Origin: Chiloscyllium plagiosum
Taxonomy: Eukaryota
Length of the DNA: 64,000 nucleotides
Reading direction: 5' to 3'
Assembly: GCF_004010195.1 (NCBI RefSeq)
Contig: NC_057750.1
Location: 11,941,144-12,005,143, forward strand
Part shown: positions 1 through 13,933 of the stretch, piece after piece
How positions within the stretch are numbered: the stretch's first letter is position 1
How the letters are laid out: each line of letters begins with the position of its first letter
Program-made: the position numbers and the translations under genes
Notes under the pieces: generated by a model
Told to the model about the DNA's origin: nothing
Database searches by the model: none
What the model saw: the letters and a program-made list of their open reading frames with translations, nothing else

Positions 1-49
1 TAATTGCTGTGGATTTAACATTGCCTGTATTCTCCCTTTTGTTCTCCAG

Positions 50-166
50 TATGCACAGCAGTGGAGCCAATATTACCAGAACCAGAGTCAGTGGAACCAC
101 TACTACGGGAACTACAGCTATGGGAATTACTCAGGAGGATCTCAGGGCTCTGGGACACAGCAGTAA
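50..166 (+). CDS. HNRNPUL1: Final coding exon of heterogeneous nuclear ribonucleoprotein U-like 1 ([38 protein letters not shown])
   Basis: A polypyrimidine tract and ccag acceptor end at 49. The frame (absent from the ORF track) gives a Y/Q/G-rich peptide matching the recalled human C-terminus [29 protein letters not shown]...; TAA at 164-166. Confidence 0.9.
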   Translation, partial: YAQQWSQYYQNQSQWNHYYGNYSYGNYSGGSQGSGTQQ

Positions 167-2720
167 AACCCAAATTCTAAAGCTACCGTCACAAAACCCT
201 TTTTTAAAAAAAAGAACACAGAATTATTCTACTCGCAGTCTGTTGTATTTAAGATTTAAAAGCTGCATCAGGGTGTGAAACACACCAGTTTTCAGTCATT
301 TTATTGTGTCGATATAGTAGTAGTGATTGTAAAGTTGAAAAAATTGCAAAGGAGAAGGAATAAACAGTTTAAAGATTCTAAGATGTTTCGTGTAATGAAG
401 CCTTTTTAGATTTCTATGTAACTTTTTACTGTTAATAAGCTGTCGATATTTTGTCGGTAATCAATGACAAAATTTCTTCAAAATAATTAGAACCTTGAAT
501 ATGTTAACTTTTTTTATATAATGTATAACTACTCATGTGACTTTGCTTGTGCATTTACGTTGAGTCTGGTTGAAACAGCTTTTTGTATCTGGGGAAGATT
601 TATGACTGAATGACACACACACAGCTTTTTGGTGTTACTGCTGTCAATAACGTCTTGTAAGAACTTGTGTTTGTGTGAAATATAATTAAGGGCCCAGGGA
701 ATATTTTTGATCTCAATGTTGGGTTTTAGTATCCTATCTATCTTGGATAACGAACGCTCAGAACTATCTCTGGATATGCTTCAGGTCTGGCAACTGTGCT
801 AATTGTAAAAAGCAGGGATTCAAATGAAGAACTAAACACTCCACATTGTGTACAAACCAAACCAAATCATTTTACAATATCATTCAGGCAGTCTATTTGT
901 TTCACTGCCACTTTGGCTGATGAACTGAAAAAAATTGTCTTCCATCTCCAAAAGCTGACAAACGTATACTGTTAATAAAAACAAATCTGCCTATCTCTTG
1001 GTTTTTGGGTATGTTTTGCTTCACTTGCTTCACACAGTCCTGGTCCCTGAAGGGGGGGTATGGTATGTATCTGGTTGGACCTGAAGAAGTGGGTGTGGGG
1101 GACGAGAGAGTGTGGCCGAATATCTATCCTTCCTGAGGTGCTGTGCACGAGGAAGGTAAGTGAAAATATTCCAAGACTTGTTGCGACAGCAAATACATGG
1201 TAACTTTGTAACATAAGCCTTTTGTCACAAAATTCCACGGTAGAACTTGTGATCTCTACTTGTGGAACAAATTGTCTTTATTTGGAATGTTCTAAATAAG
1301 AAAACAATTTTTGAAAGGCATGGTTTGTGAGCTGGAGGTGAATAACTTGATCCAAATCTAGACATGAAATACCAACCTAGATACATTTACTCAGAGTTGA
1401 TTGGACCGGCATGATGGGCTGAATGGCCTCCTGTGCTGTATTATTAAATAATTAGGATATTTAATTTAATTGTGTTTACTTCCTGCATGTTATTTGGTCA
1501 CTAAATATTTTCAACTGAAGTTAGTCATTATGGGATCACGCATTTCTCTGCATTTGAGGCAGGTGAGGATATTATTATCACAGGGAACTAAATTTCGAAC
1601 ATTCAATTTACCTATTTTTCTCCACTCTCCTGATATCTTGTCACTTGAGTGAGTAGTCAAGTAACTTCTAATAACCTGTTTTGGGCAGGCATGATGAGAT
1701 TACAGAGGGTTAAAAGTGATCAAAAGTATACAGAGAGGGTTCCATAAGACCATAAGACATAGGAGTGGAAGTAAGGCCATTCGGCCCATCGAGTCCACTC
1801 CCCTGGTGAGTGAGAAAGATGCCCACAGTGAGTCGCTGAACTGTACACGTTTGCTAGGTCCCAGCTTTGGCCCTTGTGAGGGACATTTTTTTTGCTACCT
1901 TCACAGCCTAAGTGGTAATCTTGTGCAATAGATCACATGCCTGTTCAGAAGCCACTTGACTTTCAGTCCAGAAATGTATGTATTGAAAATTGGGTGTGAT
2001 CATTGAAGAATGAAGTGAGCCAATTCATATAACAGTGTAGCCTAGAGCTGCTTGCTTTGGCAGAGGGAGAGATCTTGTGACTTGGCCCTACTGAGAGGCT
2101 GTGTGGATAATTTTATAACAGATTTTTAAAATGGTGTTCTGCACCTGTTAATGGAATACAAGGCAAGGCTAATTGGAAATGGTACCAAAGGCAAATTAAT
2201 TATCAATAGGATTACAACAGAAGGTGAGGAGGAGGAGGGGGAAAAATCTCTTAAAAACCTTCAGGAAATTATTGTATACAAGATGGTGGCCTGCACTGTA
2301 GTGACCCACAGACTACTGATGGTGTGTTTTATTTCACTTTACAGATAGCTTATAGAGATAAGATTGCATGTCGTGGGAAAGTACTTTTTTTTGTAAATTT
2401 AATACTAGTTTTGTGTTGTCACTGATTCATATAGGAAAGCGCTTCTCCATTCTGATACAGAGGCAAAGGCCAGTTATTACAAGAATATTTGTTAAGTAGT
2501 CCTAGGAATAATGATCACCAAGATGCCTATGTCCTACCAGGCTGTCAGTCTAGAGTAATGCTTCATAGTGTGCAAACAATGCTCTCTTTCCCTGTTGATA
2601 ATCTGCCATTTAACTTTACATTTGGTTAAGTTCAAAAGCTTTTACTTTGTGACTTTGTCAGTACTTTGTTACACTGAATAAAATTGAACAATTATGTTTA
2701 AACAAAAGAACCATTAAAAA
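167..2720 (+). other. HNRNPUL1: Probable HNRNPUL1 3'UTR with candidate poly(A) signals
   Basis: AT-rich, largely repeat-poor sequence after the stop codon; AATAAA at 359-364, 974-979 and 2677-2682. The true transcript end is unknown. Confidence 0.5.
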
Positions 2721-5000
2721 TGAATTTTAAACTGATCTGTACATTGTTTGCAATTAGTATTTATGGTTTTAAGCAGCTGACCAAGTTTATAAGTGAAGGG
2801 GGTTGATATGCAGCAAAATAACAGCTACATGACTCAGCTTTGGAATCCAGATGATCACCCTAAAGGCTTTTTAATAAACCTGTTAAATTATTTCTACTTA
2901 TACAGTGACAGCTGTTTCTGTAAATGTAGTTGCATTGACCCTTTGATAATTGGGATACCTGAAAGTTTCATCCCAGCTTACCTGGAAACCTTACAAGATT
3001 TGCAGCTTATCGTCTTGTTCTTCTGACTTTTTCTCACGCTGACCACTCACTTTGGTTTGTCAGCAGGTTACAGCTGTGTTGGCACACCTTAAATGGTAGA
3101 GGCTGGTGTACAATATTTATCACGTATCTGGGCCTCACATGCCAGAAGAACAGCCAGTATGAGAAATGAAAGTACGAACGAGCCATGAAGCACCTTGGTG
3201 TTACACTTTTCACATCTTCAGGATCCCTTAACTAACTTCATTGTCAACAAATTTCCTTCAAATTTTCCTCCTGCACAAGTAAATGTTCTTGCACAGTAAA
3301 GTGTCATAAAATGCAACGAGGAAAACAATCAATCAGATTTTCATTTTTGAGCTGAGTTTGAGGGAATTTTGAGAACTAGGTGCTCACACCATTATGTATC
3401 ACAACCAAATCCCATCTAACACAGAATTTCTGATAATGCATCATTCCCTCAGTAGTACATTGAAATGTACTACACCTGCTTGAATGTCAGTAATAAGCCT
3501 CAGTAATTGAAATTTTACCCTGTTTCTAGCCTGTATTTTCCCTGACCTATAATTGCGTCATGCTGATGCAAAATCTCCAATTTGTAGCGCTAACCTGTCA
3601 GTTGCAGTTTCTCTTGTTTAGGGAATTGAATTCTGTTAGTTGCTCTTCAATCACTGCCCCATTGCCAACTGGATTTAAACTATAGTTATAGACAGTTGTA
3701 AATTTGCCCTGAAACCTATAGATCTCATTACAATCATGTAAAAACCTCTTTGTGGTGATGCTTGAAATGTTCCTAAACTCAAAACTGAAATGGTTTAATC
3801 TGGGTTAATCCCAATACTCGCCACAGACATCTCATGAATTGCAATCTGCATTCTTATTTGAGTGCCATGCATCAAGAGGCTAGCAAGATAGCATTTAACG
3901 ATAACTTATTAAACCAGAGATGATATGAAATGGTCATCACTTTCTGCATTTTACTTTACAGTCACAAATAGCACTGAATCAACCCATTACACAGGCTAAA
4001 GGTTGGATTTATTTATGAGCAATATAATTACAAAGAAGTGGTAAGATACAAAATAATATTACTACAGACTTCTAATCAAAGAACAAATATCATTTTTAGA
4101 AAATTGATCAAATATATTTCCTTATAAGTGGCAAAATGCTCACTAAACAGATCCAGCTGCATGAGAAACTGCTGAAGAAATTAAATCAATTCTGTTATGC
4201 CAATGGAATTATTTCATGTTGCAAATATTATAGAGATATTGTTGATGGGTTTGATATTAGAAATAAACACTGAATTGCTTGACCCATTGACGTGATCTCA
4301 CAGGAAAGGGGAAGTCTTCCAGAAGCAGTGAACCCAATTCTAACATAGAAAAAATTTTACAGCATCTTTATTTGCATCCTATCCCATGAAGCTGAGGTAA
4401 CCAAATTCCTACTTGCACTTTAACTTATAGTCACATACTGCAATCTGCTGATTACTAGCCTGTCACTTTCCTCGCAAGTGTCTCAGGTTAATGAACTGTT
4501 GTCATTGCAACGTTGGCTTTCTGTTTGAATTGAGCTTCCAACTACAAATCTGCTCCATCTGAAAGACTGCCTGCTTCCAACTGCAAAACATTTGGGTCTA
4601 CCTAGCCTATGCACTGCTAAAATCCTCATCCATGCCTTTTTGCCCACCATGCTTCCCCCAATTCATATTCCACCCTTTCTAAGCCCTAGATTATTGTGTC
4701 CTATCCTGGTACCTTATTTCTGCACTTGCTTGCCAATTTGACACATCCCCATCCTCATGTTCAAATTGCTTCGTGACCTCATCTCTTCCTTTCTCTATTG
4801 CCTCCTCCAGCCCTACAAATATCTGTGTTCCTCTGATAGCTAGAGCAGACAGCCAATGTAACAAAAATCACATCACAGTTTAAATTAAAATGTCATTTTG
4901 TGATGATGATGCACTCCATCCCATGAGATGCCTGCCTATTGCAGGACACCTGAAGTGTCCTGATGCTCACCATACTCCTCCTCTAAGGTCAGCTGTCACA

Positions 5001-5195
5001 TAACACCAGGTTATAATCCAACAGGTTTATTTGCTATCACAAGCTTTTGGAGTACTGCTCCTTCGTCAGGTGAAGTGAGGCCTGACGAAGGGGCAACACT
5101 CCAAAAGCTTATGATTTCAAATATACCCGTTGGACTATAACCTGTTGGACTTCTGAACTTGTCCATCCCCACTCTTAACACTGACATCTCCACAT
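5001..5195. mobile_element. PLE terminal repeat, family B, as an inverted pair with degenerate hammerhead cores
   Basis: Arms ~5007-5070 and ~5081-5144 are reverse complements; ctgacga...ctcc(a)aaagct; homologous to 18775-19086 and 30170-30400. Confidence 0.7.
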
Positions 5196-5801
5196 TCTCC
5201 TCCTGTAAAGATGGCTGTGTGAGAGTGTGGATGTAACTCAAGACAGGCAGTTGGGTGCAATGACCTCCATGGCTCAGTGCCTGGATCTTCAATGATAAAC
5301 CTCTTTCACCTGTTCCATCATTGCTTCAGGTGATGGGTAGCGTATGCTGCCAGAAATGTTCAGGTCTACAATTCCAGCTAAGGAAATCTTTTAAGGTAGC
5401 AACTGCATCACTCATAGACTTAATGTGATATAGAAAAAAATTATCTTCTGTAGTATTACTGTCCTCACCATGAAAACCTTCAGACAACTTTTTATAACTT
5501 TTCCTTCATTCAAGATAACATTTCGATATGTTTAAAGAGTGGAAGTTATTTTCAGAGGTATTGCTGTTGGATTGTGATAGAATCAACTTGTTCATTGTCC
5601 AGAGAAGTGAACGTGTTGTGTTCCCATCTGGTCCAGTCCAATGTCACAAGTTGACTAGGGCAATCAGGGAACTGGTGACTCTAACTATCCCCATCCTAAA
5701 AACAAATTATTTTGAAATGCTAGTTTCTTGTATCATAATGTTGTAGGTGCCATTTTAATCTCATACTGATCACGTGGCTTCATTCTTCTGTCAAAAATAT
5801 A

Positions 5802-6010
5802 TCACTCGCTGGCCGTTTGTCGTGCTGATTTGCGAGGAACACAATATAGCTGGTATGGTCGATGTAGGGTTGAGAAACCACTGGACAATGGGCTGATATC
5901 AATGGTGTGTGGTTCCACTGGGGATCTCAAGGTGAAGTTCTGCAGCAGGGTTGTGAGAAACAGGAACAGCTGCATCTGAGCTACAGTCTCACCAATGCAC
6001 ATGCGGTTCC
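5802..6010 (-). CDS. CYP2: CYP2 exon 9 (heme Cys; NRMCIGETVAQMQLFLFLTTLLQNF...CVPRKSARQTASE*)
   Basis: acag acceptor ending at 6011; TGA at 5802-5804. Confidence 0.96.
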
Positions 6011-6564
6011 CTGTAAGACATGACAAGTAATCCAGATATATAAGGAACTGGCTTCACCATAATAGAGTAATAGAAAGTTACCAGAAGATGGATTTACAAG
6101 CATACAAATTAGGAGTAGTATCAGACCATTCAGCCCATCAAGCCTACTCTGCTATTCGATTAAAATCCTGGCTGATCTGACCATGGCCTCCAACTTTCCT
6201 GTCCACTCTATACATTCTGACTGCCTTATTGATCAAAAATCTAACTCAGTCTTAAAATGCTCAATGACCCAGACTTCACTGATATCTTGGGAGGAGAATT
6301 CCATGGGCCAATGACACTCGAAGAGAAAATAATTATTTTAAAAGATCAACCTTGTATTCTTAAACTCTCTCTTAGAGCTAGTCTCTCTCATGGAGAAACA
6401 TCTCTCAGTATTGTGTTATGTCTCAGTTAGTACGCAGTATCCCTTTAGGAGACATGTTGATGACATTCGCCTCTGTATCAAGACATGTGACCTGAGGGTA
6501 TAAAGGTCTCAGACTCCATTGTAGCTAATGGAAGTGTGCTACACTTTATAGTTCATCTTGTAGT

Positions 6565-6869
6565 TTAGATTAGATTCCCTACAGTGTGGAAACAGGCCTT
6601 TCGCCCACACCGACCCTCCGAAGAGTAACCCACCCAGACCCATTTCTCTCTGACTAATGCATCTAGCACTATGAGCAATTTACCATGGCCAATCCACCTG
6701 AACTGCACATCTTTGGACTGTGGGAGGAAACCAGAGCAACCGGAGGAAACCCACGCAGACACAGGGAGAATGTGCAAACTCCACACAGACAGTTGCCCGA
6801 GGCTGGAATTGAACCTTGGACTCTGGTGCTGTGAAGCAGCAGTGCTAACCACTGAGCCACCATGCCGCC
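6565..6869 (-). mobile_element. HE1-type V-SINE
   Basis: tRNA-like head ggcggcatggtggctcagtggttagcac, V-domain gtgtggagtttgcacattctcc, (aatct)n tail. Confidence 0.9.
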
Positions 6870-7826
6870 CTGTCCCAAGCAGAAAGGTTTAGGCCAACAG
6901 CACTCACCAAGCACAGGAGCACTGTCACCTGGTCCAGATCCTACTCTCCATCTTGTGTTGATGAGCAACTTGCCGTCCCCATTCCCAACAACCATCCACC
7001 AGGCGGGTAATTAGCAGCAGAATGTAAACATTTTCCAAGGGCAACTGACGTGTAAAATCATCAGCACAGTTTGTCTATTGCTCGTTACCCACTGAAGGTT
7101 AAAATCCAGACCCACGGCCTCTGCTTCAGGCACAGATGGCTGAATGGCTCCTACTCTCCATATTTTTAAAGCTTCTAGATAGGAGTGTTTTAAAATGAAA
7201 TTATAGAATATGAAGCTCGTGTATTTCTGTGAGATTAAGGGTCGCTGCTTTGTTTTGAATCTTCTTTCATTCTTCCCAAGCTCCATGTACACTGCCTCAG
7301 ATATAAGAGCAGCACAAGACCCCTGTGCCAGTTCCACTACTGAATTAAATTATGGCTCATCTATGTCTGAACTCCATTAACCCACTTTGGTTAAATCTTT
7401 AAAACCCTTGCCTAACAAAGTCTGTCCATTCTGAATCTTTCAATTGCCTCTCCCAGCCTCAGTAGCTTAACAGGGAAGAGGACCTCAGGTTTCCACTGCA
7501 GAGGATTGGAGGAGTTAGAAACAGCAGCAGGCCATTTGGAGTTTTGGGCTATCTCCAACATTCAACAAGATCACAACTGATCTGAAAGTGATCTCAGACC
7601 CACTTTCCAATCCTCTCCCCATCTTTCATTATCAAACATCTATCCAACTCAGCCTTGAGTAAGTTTAGAGATCCCTGCTCCTTACTTTCTGGGAGAGAAA
7701 ATCCAAACTCCAATGACTCTTTAAGAGAGAATATTTTCTCACCTTTAATTTGAAAGGGAATCTATTCCCTACCTTTAAACCCACCAGCCTTTGTGTGAAG
7801 AAATACTTCCTGCTATGATCCCTGAA

Positions 7827-8331
7827 CATCTCTGGGACACCCGCACCAACCAACCCAACCGCTCCGTGGCTGAACACTTTAACTCCCCCTCCCACTCCGC
7901 CAAGGACATGCAGGTCCTTGGCCTCCTCCATCGCCAGAACATAGCAACACGACGCCTGGAGGAAGAGCGCCTCATCTTCCGCCTAGGAACCCTCCAACCA
8001 CAAGGGATGAATGCAGATTTCTCCAGCTTTCTCATTTCCCCTCCCCCATCTTTTCTCAGTCCCTACCCTCAGCATCGCCTTCTTGACCTGCAATCTTCTT
8101 CCCGAGTTCTCCGCCCCCAGCTCCTCTCCGGCCTATCACCCTCACCTTAACCTCCTTCCACCTATCGTATTCCCAACGCCCCTCCCCCAAGTCCCTCCTC
8201 CCTACCTTTTTTCTTAGCCTGCTTGGCACACCTTCCTCATTCCTGAAGAAAGGCTTATGCCTGAAACGTCGATTCTCCTGTTCCTTTGATGCTGCCTGAC
8301 CTGCTGCGCTTTTCCAGCAACACATTTTTAA
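7827..8331 (+). mobile_element. 5'-truncated PLE, family A (GIY-YIG C-terminus and hammerhead repeat)
   Basis: VAEHFNSPSHS...RRLEEERLIFRLGTLQPQGMN; 15-bp target-site duplication (TSD) gctatgatccctgaa at 7812-7826 and 8332-8346. Confidence 0.85.
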
Positions 8332-8715
8332 GCTATGATCCCTGAATAGCCTGATACACATTTTAAGGCTCCGCTCCTCATCGTTCTGAACTCTCTCACC
8401 AGAGGAAATAGTTTTCATTTGCCCTAACAAATCTTTTAACAATCTTAAACTTACATTTGAAAGCTGCAATTCTAATCTTGATTTTGGTTTATAGGTTCTT
8501 GAGAAGATAAGTTTGGCAGAAATAAATCACTGCCTCTTTCACTGTCTCACTTCTGTCCTTAGCATTTCAACATTATACTATGGGCTTTGGTCCCCTGGCC
8601 TTGCTTTTGCAATTTAAAATAAAAGTATCGGTGGGTTGCACTTATTGGGCCGAAGGGCCTGTTTCCACACTGTAAGTAATCTAAAAAAAACACCCGGCAT
8701 AAATATTGCCCAAAC

Positions 8716-8857
8716 CTGATGAAAACGGCATGAAAGCTTCATTTTTCTTGAATCGCCCTTCCTCATCCAGAAAACGATCCGGGTTGAATGATTTTGGATT
8801 CTCCCAACAACTGCAGTCGTACAAAACAGACGCAAGCACAGGGATGACAATCATTCC
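8716..8857 (-). CDS. CYP2: CYP2 exon 8 ([47 protein letters not shown])
   Basis: 142 nt, translated by hand (this frame is not in the ORF track); tag acceptor, g|gtttgg donor. Confidence 0.95.
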
Positions 8858-9401
8858 CTATCAAAAATAAACACATGAATTAAGATTAATGTTAAGATCT
8901 GTGTTGTTAATGAAGCCAGTATCTTTCGCGGAAATGTAGATGACTGAACAAATGCCCTCTGAAATGGCGTAGCAAGCAGAGCTATTAGGGATGGGCAATA
9001 AGTGCCAGCCTTGACAGTGATGCCTACATCCTGTGAATAAATTTTTTTAAGATGTGCAGCAGATTCCTCTGGGCATAGACTGCGCTTAGCAGTCACCTAT
9101 CAGAAGCCTCCCAATCATCCTCCAGTAATAGACATGGTCATCTCTACCTCAAAGAATGAACAAGATTGTGTGACACACCAGGAAGAACTCCATTTCTCTT
9201 TAATGTGCCATGGGTCTCTGGAACTTTTGCAATGAGAACATCCCTCTGGGTTTGCCACATTGGCCTTATCCCACTGGATTTTGTAAATGGTCCCACAAGA
9301 TTCACCAACCCCAATTTGTTTTGCCTGTAAGCAAGAATGGACTGATGCAGACAGCAACAGAAACTGAAGCAGATTAGAATGGCTAAAACTGGGCACGTTA
9401 C

Positions 9402-9589
9402 CTTTGGAATCACAAATCCCTTGAAGTCTGTGTCTCTCGTCACTGTGTGTGGGAGATTTAATGGGATAATGTTGGAGTATCGCTGGACCTCACAGATAGC
9501 TGCGTTGGTGTAAGGCATCTTTTCTCTATCTTCCATGGTGGGTGTGCGTTCAGACCCGATCACCTCGTCAATCTCATTCTGAATTTTTT
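9402..9589 (-). CDS. CYP2: CYP2 exon 7 (K-helix ExxR; KIQNEIDEVIG...AAICEVQRYSNIIPLNLPH...FVIPK)
   Basis: 188 nt, ccag acceptor, aag|gtaacg donor. Confidence 0.96.
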
Positions 9590-12500
9590 CTGGAAAAGTA
9601 CAACCATCATCAGCATTGGAAAGGACTAGAGGTGGTACATGATGAGGGGTCCTCAGTGAGGGGCAGGGAGCACAGAACTGGACTGCAGAGAAAGGAACCA
9701 GGCAGATGGCAGAGGAATGAGGAGCTGCAGTCACTGGACAAATGCGTAATGGAATGGATGCTGATGGGAGCATGGTCTTCTACTTTAAGGGCAAAAGCGA
9801 GGGGAGGATGCATCGGTATAAATGTTTTGTAAAACAGGAATCAAACTACCTGAGTCCAGATCTGCAAATGGTCACCTGGGGGAGAAGATTCTGAAAACAT
9901 TTGCTTTGGTATTACTGTTTCAGTTTTTGAATGTGTTTTAAAGGTGTGCCCCCTTTGCCCTTGTGAATGACCCACTTTCTGAAACACACCAATCAAATGT
10001 ACACACAGATGCACACACAAATACATAGACACGCACACACACACTCTTAAACTGGCCCTACCCTTCAGAGACAGAAGACTGTGAACCACATAATAAACAC
10101 ATCAGGAATTGAAGTGCTTGAATGAAAGAAGCGGGGACTGTGTTGATGCATAAAACAGAATATCAGGCAAGGGTGGCTGTTTTCACATGAAATGTATACA
10201 CCAATGCTGCTGATGTGTCAATATTAGTTCCACTGCTCTATCTATGCCTGTGTCAATGACCTGGATTCTGGTAAATGAGACATCATTTGAAAGATGACAG
10301 AAATTTGCAGATGTAGTAAACAGTGAGGACTTCAGGAGGACATAGACAAATGGGCAAACATCTGTCAGAGGGAATTTGATGAAGAAAAGCATATAGTGAT
10401 GAATTTTGGTTGGAAGAACAAGATGAGGCATTCTGAGCCAAATGGTAGAATTTCAAAGGGACTCCAGAAAGAGATGGACTTAAGTGGAAGTGATAGTAGC
10501 AGAACAAGTGGCCCTTAGAAAACATCCAGGATCCATGGGTCTCTAGACAGAAATATGGGATTCAAAAGAAAGGCTATATTTAATCATATCAATAAAACAT
10601 GGCTTAGATCTCACCTGCAGCTCTCTGTCCAATTCTAGGCTCCCACGTTTATACTATGTACCAGGGGGTTAAGGCCTTTGTTGAATTAAATAAAAACCTG
10701 GTGGATAATGTCTCCAGGATTCATTCTCCATGGCATTGCCTCAAACAATCATAGTCGACTTGCCAACAATCAGAATCCTTTATACATGCAGTATAAATTT
10801 TTGCTTTCTTTGAATTTCAGCATTCTTATATCTGTCCTGACTTGTCAGACTGTCTCTTGCTTCAGCAATATCTAATTAAGTTCTGTACAATCAAGTGATT
10901 ATTTTGAGACTTAGGTAAACACTGAGCATTGATCCCATTAACGTGGATCAATGAGATAGTTTGGAAGGAGAGGCGAAGAGCCGTTGGAGCCAATATTGCC
11001 ACTTCCTATTTGTTTTAGATATAAAATAAATGCAGAAAAGTAAGATGAATTTATGGCTTTGTTGAATTCCAGCTTTGTACTTCATGAGCATTTTTCTTCA
11101 AAGCAATTAAGTAAGTCTGTAATGGGTTGGAGAGCAATGGTGATTAACTGACAAAGGGATAGTAATGGGACAAATAATGAAATAAAACATGGGCATCCTC
11201 CAAGTAGGGTCGTGACCTGAAATCTTAGAATCATGAGACAGCAGTGGCTACTGAGGAAATTCATGCCCCTCCCACCTATCCCACAGGTCTCCTCTCCCCC
11301 TCCCTGCTCTATGTCTTCTTCCCGAGCTCCTTAACCTCTCTGTTTTCATTGGGGGATGTCACAGTAACTTTCAATCCTCAAAATGGTGGGAAAAGGTGGG
11401 GGGAGCATTAGTCTAAGAAGGTGTAAATAGCAACAGCAGAATCAGTTCTAACAGCTACCACCTGATGTATAATTGAAAATATGAAGAGAAAATGCTAGAA
11501 ATATTCAGTGTTAGCCAGCGTCTGTTGAGGGAGAAACAGTTAATGTTGCACATTAAGGTGGTTGGGTATCCAATTAGAAGAAAGTTACTGTGGTGTAATA
11601 GGTTTTGAGCAGGAAGAGGGAAAGTGGAAAGTGAGCAGTGAAGAACACATGGGTGAAAAATATCATCGAATATTCCTGAGCAGCATTGCCCACCTTGCAA
11701 TATATCTCCAGTGCTGAGTTCTTCTTCAGTGTGAGAGTTATGAACATTTCTATGGTTTCACACTTCAGAATGAACAGTGCACTACGTAGCAAAACCACGT
11801 GTGAGAGGTGATATTTATTTTTGAAAGTAATTTTGAGTCAAATTCTGTAGCTAATTGTATAATACTCAATAGTAGAAGATCAAATCCCTGGTGTGGACTT
11901 GAATCCACAAGCCTCTAGCTCAGAGGCTGTAAGCAGCAAAGAAGCCAGATCTCTGCTGAGCCACTATTGATTAATGGACATTCGCCAGACAGGACACCGC
12001 AATAATTTCCCGCTCACCTTCTAACGTGAGATTGTTCATTGGGACAGAGCTGCAGTTCAGCATCTCATCCAGAAGATGGTATCTCCAACAATGCAGTAAA
12101 CATAAGGCAACTCCAAGATAACAAGAGTGAAAGATGGAGCTGCATCCATTGATACCGAAAAGTATTTTGCTGATGCTATCACAGGGGGAAGTTTACCACA
12201 GATCGCTTTTACAGAGAGCCCTTGCTAAAAGTATGTGGTGTTCTTTATGAGTCTGAAAAGGTTAATTCTGAGATGTGCCATACGTTAATGCCTTATGGAA
12301 TTATAGACAGAACAACATTTGATCTCAGAGGGAGTGAGACCGAACATTCAGGTCCTCATAGTCCCTGTTCCATCATATCAACATAACCTGCAACTACCTT
12401 TTAATATTCAATAAACTACCTTTTTAACCAGCTAAGTCTCTTCTAGATTTTCCTCAACCACACCAGGCCATGCAGGCTATTTTGTTTCTTACACTTAAAG

Positions 12501-12674
12501 AGGCCGTTCATAGCAACCTTAATCAGGAACAGCAGCTCACAGAGCATGGAGAACTGGCGTGACCACACAGCTTCACCTACAATATATACTCACACATTTA
12601 CTGCCATGTGTACTGGGCACTCTGGTATATACAAATCAAATAGCTAATGAGTACACAATGACTGTTCTTCCCAC

Positions 12675-12816
12675 CTTGGACATCTGGGTACTTCAGGAAT
12701 AGCAGGAGCCCCCATCGCATGGTGGAGCTGGTGGTATCTGTCCCGGCAAGAAATATGTTAAATATGGACAGAAGAAGGTTCTCATCATTGAATTCAGTTT
12801 TGGGGTTGTCTTCCTC
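12675..12816 (-). CDS. CYP2: CYP2 exon 6 (I-helix; EEDNPKTEFNDENL...AGTDTTSSTMRWGLLLFLKYPDVQ)
   Basis: 142 nt, ccag acceptor, g|gtggg donor. Confidence 0.96.
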
Positions 12817-13933
12817 CTGGGAGAAAAGAAAGCAGGAGAGCAATAATAAAGAATGTAACTTATCATAAGATCAGGCTAATGGGCAACAGTTACTAGCCAA
12901 CTACTCTGGGATGTCTTGGGTGGTGCCAGAGGCAATAAGGGACAATGATCACGTCTCTGGGTGTTGATCATCTGATTTGGCTCTATGTGTATGTTGCTAT
13001 TGAGCTGCTGCTGCTCTTGGCAATACCAATGGTTCACTGTCAGTAACATAATTATTGAAAATGGCACATTTAAGAGGCACCTTTCAGGTCTTTCAGAATG
13101 TCCCAAGCTAACAAAGTCACGTTGAAAGATGTTAACTGTAGACAAACACAACAGACAATTTGTGCACATTGAAACCCATCCGTGAATTAGAAGGACAGCC
13201 AATATTTAATTTTAATTGGAGTTGCTGGCTGGGGAATATATACAAGGCTGGGAGAACATTCTTGGTCTTAATTGAATATCACCTTTGGGATCCTTTTTGC
13301 CAATGGTATTTTTAACTCACTCACTTAGGATGAGATTTGCACTGACATGGCTGGCATTCATTACTGATTCTCTAAGTTGCACTTTGAGGAGGTGATGGTG
13401 TGCATTCTTTTCAAATCACTTCAATCTCTTGGTCACTGATATCCTTTAGGGAAGGAAATCTGCCACCTTTACCCAGTCTGGCCTACATGTGACTCCAGAC
13501 CCACAGCAATGTGGTTGCCTTCTGAAATTGCCTGGCATGCCACTCAGTTCAAGCACGCTTGGGGATAGGCAACTAATGCTGGCCATGCCATCGATGACAT
13601 CATGCCATGTAAAGAACAAAGAAAAGGAAATCGTGCTCGCTCTAACTGAAAATTTTATTAAAAATGTATTGATTTAATTTAGATTCTATCAGCCGCCATG
13701 GGATTTGAACTCTTGCTTCTGAAATGTTAACCTGGGCCCCGAGATTGCTAGTCCAGCAACATCTCAACATCCCTTTATTTCCCCACTTATCCAATGACTA
13801 TCCTATTCTTTTATATTGCTTTGAATGAACTAGAGTGCAGCCAGCTTTTTGGTAGGCAGTTCAGTAGCTCAAAGCCCAGAGTTTCTGGCAAAGATCAATA
13901 CTGACAGAATTTATTCAAAACTTGTTTACAAAC

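Noticed and set aside
9..278. 89-aa ORF in the track
   Set aside because: Wrong frame; the real coding frame is the HNRNPUL1 exon at 50-166.
9144..9773. 209-aa ORF as a stand-alone gene
   Set aside because: Only 9402-9589 is P450-like (exon 7); the flanks are intronic read-through.
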